Assembly: GCA_028826165.1 (NCBI GenBank) | Contig: JAPDFW010000085.1 | Span: 124,001 to 188,000, forward strand | Source of the DNA: Anaeramoeba ignava BMAN | Lineage: Eukaryota > Protista > Anaeramoebae | DNA: 64,000 bases | Reading direction: 5' to 3' | Shown: positions 39,986-50,900 of the stretch, in pieces | Layout of the letters: the number at the start of each line of letters is the position of its first letter | Numbering within the stretch: position 1 is the first letter of the stretch | The notes under the pieces: generated by a model | Told to the model about the DNA's origin: nothing | Seen by the model: only the letters and a program-made list of their open reading frames with translations | The model's database searches: none | Position numbers and translations under genes: made by a program

Positions 39986-41927
39986 ATGAATCAAAGTTTT
40001 TTTTTTGGTTCAAACCAAGATCCAATTCTTTTCAAAAATAAACCAAATAAAATAATTACAAAATCAATTCAATTTAAACTTGGAAATGAAAATGAGAATG
40101 AAAATGAAAAACAAATTAAACAAATTTCATCTTCAGATTTTTCAACAATTTTGCTTTTTAAAAATGGAAAAGCAATAGAATATTTAAGTGAAAATGATTC
40201 AAAACAAAATCCTGTCAAAAATCCAAATGAAAAATATTCAAAAAGTATCTGTTGGTTTTCAAAATGAAGCTATTTTAACAATAGAAGGAAATGTATTTGC
40301 CAAAGGATTTAATATTAATCCAAATAATCCAAATGAATTTATCAATATTTCATCATTAATTAAAGATCCAAATGATAGAATAATTCAAGATATTGTTTCT
40401 GGAGCTAAATCAATTTACTTATTAACTTTAAATCAAAATGCTTATGGAATTGGTGATAATTTTAATGGCCAATTTGGTTGTAGATCACCTAAAAAAACAG
40501 AAAAACCAATTTTAATGATGGAAAATGTTTCTAAAATATTTTCAGGAAATACTTCCATTCATACTTTTCTTTTAAATTCAAATCAAGAATTATTTGGATG
40601 TGGATGGAATGAATCCGGTCAACTTGGATTCAGAAAGCAAAAGAAAGGAAAATATATCCAAAAATTAACTCAAATCCAAAATATTCCAAAAGGCAAAATA
40701 ATTGATATTAAATGTGGAGCTTCTCATTCAATAATGCTGATTGAAAATGAAAATGAAAATCCAAAAAGAAAACTTTATTCATGTGGAAACTTTCGATTTA
40801 ATGGACTTGGAACATATGGAGATGAAAATGCTTATGAATTTACTGAAATCAAATCATCTTTATTTGAAAATGATGATGATAATATTCTTGATTTTTCTGT
40901 TGGAAGTGGCCATACTTTGGTTTTAACAACAAAAGGGAAATTAATCGGATTTGGAAGTAATTATCATGGTCAATTAGGAACTGGAGATACAAATATTCAA
41001 TTAGATCCAATTCAAATTGAAATTCCTGAATTAAGATTTAATGAAAATATTTCTAATTATCATATTTCTTGTGGATATAACAGATCATTTATTTATTATT
41101 CTCCTTTTTCTTCTTTTTCCAATCTTGAAGAAGATTTGATAAAACTATTTAGAAGAAAAGAATTTTGTAATATTTCATTTAAAACAGAAAATGGAGAAAT
41201 AATTGAAGCTCATAAATTAATATTGAAATATAGATTAAATCAAAATCAAAATCAAATTGAAAAACTTCAAGAAATTATTTCAAAAAAATCAATTAAAGAA
41301 TCAAATCAAATATTTGAAATGATTTATTCAAACAGAAAAATAAATCCAAAATTATATTCTGAAATTAAAGAAATTATAAATTCAAATGAAAAAATAGAAG
41401 AAACAATGAAAAGAATTTATTTAAATGAAAATGAAAAAGATTTCATTATTGAAAGAAAAGAAAAGAAATATAAATTTCCAAAATTAATATTAATAATGAG
41501 AAGTGGATTATATCGAAGAATGTTTTTATATGTAACTGAAGATAAATCTAATAAAGTTAGAGATTATAGTGAATTAAGTAATAAATCATTTCAAATATTA
41601 GAATATTGGATTTATTCAAATCAAATTAAAGATGGAATTGAAATTACACAAGAAATAATCAAAGAAATTCAAACTGGAATTGATTATTTTCAATTAAATC
41701 AAACATATCCAAATTTATTTGATTTATTAATTAAGAAATTTAATAATCAAAATTCGAAATTAAAATTAGAAAAGCAATTAATGAAAGAAATTGAAAAAGG
41801 AATTGATTATTTTCATTTCAATCAAACAAATCCAAAATTACTTGATTTATTCATGGAGAAATTTAAAAATCAAAATCAAAATCAAAATCAAAATCAAAAT
41901 CAAAATCAAAATCAAAATCAAAATTAA
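39986..41927 (+). CDS. RCC1-propeller + BTB-like protein, copy 3 (+1 frameshift ~40218)
   Basis: Colinear with copies 1 and 2; duplicated C-terminal helix KEI..GIDYF..NQT.P. Confidence 0.85.
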
Positions 41928-42380
41928 AATCAAAATCAAAATTAAATTTAAAATTAAAATCAAAATCAAAATCAAAATTAAAATTAAAATTAAAATCAAA
42001 ATCAAAATCAAAATCAAAATTAAAATCAAAATGAAAACCAAAATTAAAATCAAAATCAAAATTAAAATCAAAATTAAAATCAAAATTAAATTTAAATTAA
42101 AATCAAAATCAAAATCAAAATCAAAATCAAAATCAAAATTAAAATCAAAATCAAAATCAAAATCAAAATCAAAATTAAAATTAAAATTAAAATTAAAATT
42201 AAAATTAAAATCAAAATAAAAATCAAAATTAAAATCAAAATCAAAATCAAAATCAAAACCAAAATCAAAATTAAAATTAAAATTAAAATTAAAATCAAAA
42301 TTAAAATCAAAATCAAAATTAAAATTAAAATTAATTAAAATCAAAATCAAAATAAATCAAAATGAAAATCAAAATCAAAA
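41865..42380 (+). repeat. Hexamer satellite (AAAATC/AAAATT)n at the 3' end of RCC1-BTB copy 3
   Basis: Visible array. Confidence 0.9.
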
Positions 42381-42554
42381 AGTTTATTTCAGAAGGAAAA
42401 AAAAATTTGTCAAAGATTTTTCAAACACAATTTAGTTGATTGTTTACATGAAATTTCTTTTGAAAATTTCATTTTACAATTTGATTTTTTCATTCATTTT
42501 TTCATTTTTCATTTTTTCTTTCTTCTTCTTCTTCTTTTTTTTTTCAAATCAAAA

Positions 42555-43510
42555 TTATTTGTTTGAATTGAAATTATCTAAACGATTAGCAAAAAAATCA
42601 AAATTTTGATTATTCAAATTTCTTTCTTTTTGAGATCTTTGATTTTTTTGATTTGAATTTGAAATTTTTGATTTATTTTTTTTAAGTTGTTTAATATCAT
42701 GTTGATATTCAATAATTTTTTTTTGTTGATCCAAATATTCAGTTTTTAAAAGAGCAGAATAAGTTGCTATATCAGCTTCAATTTCTTCCAAAGAAGATTC
42801 AGGAGTTTGAGTTTCATTTGTATTTGTGTTTTCGTTAGTTATTTTATTGATTAAATATTCAAGCATTTCTCGTTGATTTTCAAGTTCTTTTGTTTGTTTT
42901 TCTCGAATTTTTCTTTCTTTATTAATTTGTATTTTAAGTTCTTTAACTGAATTGATTAAATCTTTTTCTTGATTTTTAAGTTCTTGATTTCCTTCACGAA
43001 GAGAAATTAATTCCTCAATTAATCTTTTTTTTAATTTTGAATTTAATTTTTTTGAATTTAATTTTTTTGAATTTAATTTTTTTGAATTTTATTTTTTGAA
43101 TTTAATTTTTTTGAATTTAATTTTTTTGAATTTTTTTTCAATTAAATTTACTTTTGTTCTCGAATAAAATCTTCATATTCAGGATCTTGTAAATTATCAA
43201 AATTAATTTCATTAAACATATAATCTTCAGAATCAAAAGAATCAAAAGAATTAAAAGAATCAAAAGCTGAGAATTTTGAACTAATTTTATAAATTATTTT
43301 TTAAAAAAAAAAATATAATTGATTCATTTTGCAATTAAAAGATAAATTACTGTTGATCAACTAATAAAAAATAAATAAAAAATAAATAAAAAATAAATTG
43401 TTTTTTTGTTTTTATTTTTTTCCTTTTTTACCATTTAATGAAATATTATAAGATTGTACAGTTGAATCAGAATCTGAAACAGAAACTGGTGGATCTCTAT
43501 CAAAAGACAT
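42555..43510 (-). CDS. Hypothetical coiled-coil protein (exons 43510-43432, micro-exon 43360-43351, 43280-43152, 43023-42555)
   Basis: MSFDRDPPVSVSDSD...N-V|DQH|SKFSAFDSF...EQK|LIEELISLRE... joins in frame to ORF 42555-42866. Confidence 0.7.
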
Positions 43511-43669
43511 TTTTATATCAAATTTTTTTTTATATATTTTTTTTTTCTTTTATAAGAAAATGGGAAAAAAAATGAAAAATAAAAAAATGAAAAATAAAAA
43601 AATGTTTTTAATGTTTTTCTTTTTTTAATTAATAAAAAAAAATAATAAAAAAAGCAAAAAACTTTTCTG

Positions 43670-46600
43670 TTATAAATTTTCAGATGATTTGATAAATTGA
43701 ATTGAAGAGCAAAAAGTAGTTAAATAATAACCAGATTCATGATTCATTTCTTTTGGATCAGAATAATCAATTAAATATTGAGAAATTGATACCAAATTTT
43801 CAATTTGGGAATTTACAAGAACATAAACAAAAACGGGAAGAAAATCATCACCAGTGACCAATTTATTTGATTCTCTTTGAATATCGTGATTCAAAATATA
43901 AGTGTTAATAGTGTGAAAAACACTATCAGCAGTTGTAAGAAGAACATTTAAATATTCATAAGGAAGTTTGCAAATATTAAAAGTTCTCAAAATTCGAGAA
44001 CAAAGACTCCAATCAATTCTTGATAATTGATTCGGCAATCCAAAATAGTCAAAATTCTTTTCCTTCAATTTTTGGATTCGATCGTGAATATTTTGATCTT
44101 CTGATTCATTTTTCTTTTTAATAAATTCATTGATTTTATTATAAACTGGTGAAATGATCATTTCTTCTAATAATCGTTCAATAATTTTATATGATCTTTC
44201 GATATTTTCTAATTCTGTTTCTGTTTCTTTAAAAATTTTTATTGTTTCTATTCGGATTTGTTGAATAAATTTGCGGATTTTGAAACTTAAATTTGATATA
44301 TTTTCTTCATTTATTCTTAAATATCTTCTAAAATTGAGTATTTTCCATTTAAAATTTTGAGACATAATACCCAGAAGTTTATTTTCTAGAATAATTTCGG
44401 AAAGTTCTATTCCTTTTAGTGATAATAATTTCAAAGTACATGGAATTAATATATCAAATTTACTAATTATTCCATAGCTTTCTTTCTCCGTTTTGAATGT
44501 ATAGAATTCATAATTAATAACCAATTTTTGTGCATATAAAATTTCGTCATCTGATTGAATACTTTGTGAACTTATATCAAGACTTTCACGATTATCTTCG
44601 GGATCTTCTGAATGTGGATATTGATGAATTTGTAAGTTTTTTTTCTGTTCAATTTTTTGTATTTTTTGGTTTTTTTCATTTTGAATTCGATTAAAATTTT
44701 GAATTCGATTAAAATTTTGATTTTGATTTTGATTTTGATTTTCATTTTCATTTTGATTTTGATTTTGATTTTGATTTTGATTTTGATTTTGATTTTGATT
44801 TTCATTTTGATTTTGATTTTCATTTTGATTTTGATTTTGATTTTGATTTTCATTTTGATTTAAATTTAAATTTTCATTTTGATTTAAATTTTCATTTTGA
44901 TTTAAATTTTCATTTTGATTTAAATTTTCATTTTCTTCCAAATCAATAATTTCACGATTTTCATTTGAATTTTCATTATTTATCATTTTTTTTGGAAGAT
45001 TTGTATCAGGTGTAAGATCAATGAAATCTTTTTCAATTCTTTTTTTATATTGATTTTTTTGAGTAACATAATTCATTGCTTTAAAATTTGTCATTGTTTT
45101 AAAAACAAAAGGATTTCTTCTATCAAACAAATAGAACTCAATTGAACATCGACTTGCAATTTCTTTTGATAAAAAAAAGCCAAGATCACAAAAATATCGA
45201 TAAGGATGTTTGGTTTTAAATTCAATTAGAACTAATTTTGCTTCTAAAAGTGTGACTTTTTCAATTTCTGAATATCGATGGATACTTGATATTTGTCCTT
45301 GTGCAAAGTCAGATTCATCACAAAATTTACTTAGATTTTGTTTTTGTTTTTCTGAATTCTGTTGTTTTGGTCGAATATTGAAAATTCCAACTCCTGTTAA
45401 TCGAAGAATTCTATGTTGAAATTTTCCCCAACTAAATAAATTATCAATATTTAAATTTATTATTAAAATTTATTATTAAATTTATTATTAAAATTATTAT
45501 TATATTTATTATTAAAATTTATTATTAAATTTATTATTAAAATTATTATTAAAATTTATTATTATATTTATTATTAAAATTATTATTAAAATTATTATTA
45601 AAATTATTATTAAATTTATTATTATATTTATTATTTAAATTATTATTAAAATTATTATTAAAATTATTATTAAAATTATTATTAAATTTATTATTAAATT
45701 TATTATTAAAATTATTATTAAAATTATTATTAAAATTATTATTAAAATTATTATTAAATTTATTATTAAATTTATTATTAAAATTATTATTAAATTATTA
45801 TTAAAATTATTATTAAATTTATTATTAAAATTATTATTAAAATTATTATTTAATTTATTATTAAATTTATTATTAAAATTATTATTAAAATTATTATTAA
45901 ATTTATTATTAAAAATTATTATTAAATTTATTATTAAAATTATTATTAAAAATTATTATTAAAATTATTATTAAAATTATTAATAAAATTATTATTAAAA
46001 TTATTATTAAAATTATTATTAAAATTATTATTTAAAATTATTATTAAATTTATTATTAAAATTATTATTAAATTTATTATTTAAATTTATTATTAAATTT
46101 ATTATTAAATTTATTATTAAATTTATTATTAAATTTATTATTAAATTTATTATTAAATTTATTATTAAATTTATTATTAAAATTATTATTTAATTTATTA
46201 TTAAAATTATTATTAAAATTATTATTAAATTTATTATTAAAATTATTATTAAAATTATTATTATTAAATTTATTATTAAATTTATTATTAAAATTATTAT
46301 TAAATTTATTATTAAAATTATTATTAAATTTATTATTAAAATTATTATTAAATTTATTATTAAAATTATTATTTAATTTATTATTAAAAAATTATTATTA
46401 AATTAATTTTATTAAAATTATTATTAAAATTATTATTAAAATTATTATTAAAATTATTATTAAAATTATTATTAAATTTATTATTAAAATTATTATTAAA
46501 ATTATTATTAAATTTATTATTAAAATTTATTATTAAATTTATTATTAAATTTATTATTAAATTTATTATTAAAATTATTATTAAAATTATTATTAAATTT

Positions 46601-47814
46601 TATTATTAAATTTATTATTAAATTATTATTAAATTTATTATTAAAATTATTATTAAAATTATTATTAAAATTATTATTAAATTTATTATTAAATTATTAT
46701 TAAAAATTATTAAAATTATTATTAAATTTATTATTAAAATTATTATTAAAATTATTATTAAAATTATTATTAAAATTATTATTAAATTTATTATTAAATT
46801 TATTATTAAATTATTAAAATTATTATTAAAATTATTATTAAATTTATTATTAAATTTATTATTAAATTTATTTTTATTATTAAATTTATTATTAAAATTA
46901 TTATTAAATTATTATTATTAAATTTATTATTAAAATTTATTATTAAAATTATTATTAAAAATTATTAAAATTATTATTAAAATTATTATTAAAATTATTA
47001 TTAAAATTATTATTAAAATTATTATTAAAATTATTATTAAAATTATTATTAAAATTATTATTAAATTTATTATTAAAATTATTATTAAAATTATTATTAA
47101 AATTATTAAATTTATTATTAAATTTAAAAATTTATTATTAAAATTATTATTAAATTTATTATTAAAATTATTTTTTTTATTAAATTTATTATTAAATTTA
47201 TTATTAATTTTATTATTAAATTTATTATTAAATTTATTATTAAATTTATTATTAAAATTATTATTAAATTTTTATTATTAAATTTATTATTAAAATTTAT
47301 TATTAAATTATTATTAAAATTATTATTAAAATTATTATTATATTTATTATTAAATTTATTATTAAATTTATTATTAAATTTATTATTAAATTTATTATTT
47401 AATTTATTATTAAAATTATTATTAAATTTATTATTAAAATTATTATTAAATTTATTATTAAAATTATTATTATATTTATTATTAAAATTATTATTAAAAT
47501 TATTATTAAATTTGTTATTAAAATTATTATTAAATTTTTAAAATGTTTGTTAAGTGTTTTTGTTTAATTTTGAAAGGTAATTTTTCTCAAAAAAATAAAA
47601 GGGAAACCAAATAGTAAAAAAAATTTTTCTGTTTTCTTGTGTGTTTGTTTGTTTGGTTTATTTTATTTTAATTTAATTACAGATTGACTTTTGTAACTGA
47701 ATAAGTTGTTTTTGGAGTTGAACTTAAAAAATTATGAAGAAGTTTACGAGAAGCTTTTTGAGATTCTTGATTTTCATTTCTTAAATGTTGTTTTTCAAAA
47801 ACAATTAAATTCAT
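43670..47814 (-). CDS. VPS9-domain Rab5-family GEF with N-terminal PH-like domain (exons 47814-47681, 45431-43670)
   Basis: VPS9 motifs VTGDDFLPVFVYVLV and ESGYYLTTFCSSIQFI; N-terminal YSVTKVNL|WGKFQHRILRLTGVGIFNI. Confidence 0.88.
45455..47530. repeat. Intronic 12-bp pure-AT satellite (AAATTATTATTA / AATTTATTATTA)n, intron 45432-47680
   Basis: Visible array. Confidence 0.95.
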
Positions 47815-47966
47815 TTTATTTTTAATTTAAATTTAAATTAGAAAAAGAAGAAAAATGAAAAAAATAAAAATAAAAAGAAATTATTTAATTTTTAAGAATT
47901 TTGACTAATTTTTTTTTTTCATTTTTTTTCTTTCATTTTTTTTTTCTTTTTCTTCTTTAATTTAAT

Positions 47967-50900
47967 ATGACTTCTTCAAATGGTAATTTACTTATAATCA
48001 TTTATAAAAATTAAATTTCTATTCAAAAATATTATTTAACTTTTCCATTTAAACTCTATTTAAAGATTCACAAAGAGTTTCAATTTCAGTTCAAAAAAAT
48101 AAAATTGGAAAATTATTTCCAATAAATTCAGTTACTGTTCAACTTTTAAAATCGGTTTTTAAACTTAAAGAAGTGAAATCTTTAACTGATCCTGATAATA
48201 AAATTATTGAACCAGTTAATTCTCGTTTTCTTAATTTGGATCCTACAAAACAATATATTATTAATTCTAATTTATCTCCAGTTGTACTCTTTAAAATTTT
48301 TTATTTTTTTCCAAGTTATATTAACGCTTATTTTATTCTATTTAATTTTTCTTTTAGAATGTAATTTTAATTTCATTAATAATTTTGGTTTTAGGATGAA
48401 TTATTATATTAAATATTAAAATAAATATTAAAATAAATATTAAAATAAATATTAAAATAAATATTAAATTAAATATTAAATTAAATATTAAAATAAATAT
48501 TAAATTAAATATTAAAATAAATATTAAAATAAATATTAAATTAAATATTAAATTAAATATTAAATTAAATATTAAATTAAATATTAAAATAAATATTAAA
48601 ATAAATATTAAAATAAATATTTAAATAAATATTGAAATAAATATTAAATTAAATATTAAATTAAATATTAAATTAAATATTAAAAATAAATATTAAATTA
48701 AATATTAAATTAAATATTAAATTAAATATTAAAATAAATATTAAATTAAATATTAAATATTAAAAATAAATATTATAAATATTAAATATTAAAATAAAAA
48801 TTAAAATTAAAAAATAAAAATAAATATTAAATTAAATATTAAAAATAAATATTAAAATAAATATTGAAATAAATATTAAAAATAAATATTAAATTAAATA
48901 TTATAATAAATATTAAACTAAATATTAAAATAAATATTAAAATAAATATTTTAAATAAATATTAAAATAAATATTAAAATAAATATTAAAATAAATATTA
49001 AATTAAATATTAAATTAAATATTAAATTAAATATTAAAAATAAATATTAAATATTAAATATTAAAATAAATATTAAATTAAATATTAAATTAAATATTAA
49101 AAAAATAAATATTAAATTAAATATTAAATATTAAATTAAATATTAAAATAAATATTAAAATAAATATTAAATTAAATATTAAAATAAATATTAAAATAAA
49201 TATTAAAATAAATAATAAATTAAATATTAAAAATAAATATTAAATTAAATATTAAAAATAAATATTAAATTAAATATCAAAATAAATATTAAATTAAATA
49301 TTAAAATAAATATTAAAAATAAATATTAAATTAAATATTAAATTAAATATTAAAAATAAATATTAAAATAAATATTAAAAATAAATATTAAATTAAATAT
49401 TAAAAATTAAATATTAAATTAAAGCATTAAATTAAATATTAAATTAAGTATTAAATTAAATATTAAAATTAAATATTAAATTAAATATTAAATTAAATAT
49501 TAAATTAAATATTAAATTAAATATTAAAATTAAATATTAAATTAAATATTAAATTAAATATTAAATTAAATATTAAAATAAATATTAAAATAAATATTAA
49601 AAATAAATATTAAAATAAATATTAAATTAAAAATATTAAACTAAATATTAAAATAAATATTAAAATAAATATTAAATTAAATATTAAATTAAATATCAAA
49701 TTAAATATTAAAATAAACATTAAAAAAATAAATATTAAAATAAATATTAAAAATAAATATTAAAATAAATATTAAATAAATATTAAATTAAATATTAAAA
49801 TTAAATATTAAAATTAAATATTAAATTAAATATTAAAAATAAATATTAAAATTAAATATTTAAATAAATATTAAATTAAATATTAAATTAAATATTAAAA
49901 TAAATATTAAATTAAATATTAAATTAAATATTAAATTAAATATTAAATTAAATATTAAATTAAATATTAAATTAAATATTAAATTAAATATTAAAATAAG
50001 TATTAAATTAAATATTAAATTAAATATTAAATTAAATATTAAAATAAATACTAAAATAAATATTAAATTAAATATTAAAATAAATATTAAATTAAATATA
50101 AAAATAAATATTAAAATAAATAAAAAGGAATTCACATTTTCCTTAGATCAAATACCAACTGCAATTAAACAAATATATACAGATGATCCCCAAATACAAC
50201 TAGAAGGAGCAACATTTCTACGAAAAATATTATCTATTGAAGGTTCACCACCAATAGAACATGTTATAAAAACAGGAGTAGTTTTTAGACTTGTTGAACT
50301 TCTTCGAAAAACTCAAGATACAAAACTTCAAGTAATATTTTAATAAAAGTCCACAAAATACAAAAACACACATAAAAACCCACATAAATAAATATATAGT
50401 TTGAAATTGCCTGGGCATTAACTAATATAGCAAGTGGAAGTTCCGAACAAACAAAAGAAGTATTAAAATATGATTCATTACCGATTTTTGTTAAGCTTCT
50501 AGACTCTCATGATTTAAATGTTAAAGAACAGGTACATACAACCTTTCTCATCATCTTAATACAATTCAATCTAACCACCCTAATTTTATAAAAGGCTGTC
50601 TGGGCGCTTGGAAACATTGCAGGTGATTCACCCATATTGCGTGACAGGGTACTCGAATCTGGGATTCTCAAACCTCTTGTTGAAGTTTTGAAAACAACAC
50701 CTAAAATTTCTGTGCAACGAAATGCTATGTGGGCATTATCAAATTGTTGTCGTGGAAAACCACAACCGCAAGTCTCACAAGTATTTACTTTGACATTTTT
50801 TTTATTTAAATTTTAATCTAAATCAATTTATTTTTTTTTTTCAGTTTTTTCCCGTTTTCCAAATTTTATTGGAATTTTTGCATTCTTTAGATAAAGAAAT

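Noticed and set aside
35908-41927. Diversity-generating retroelement behind the RCC1 variation
   Set aside because: Differences are not adenine-restricted, and there is no reverse transcriptase or template repeat in the window
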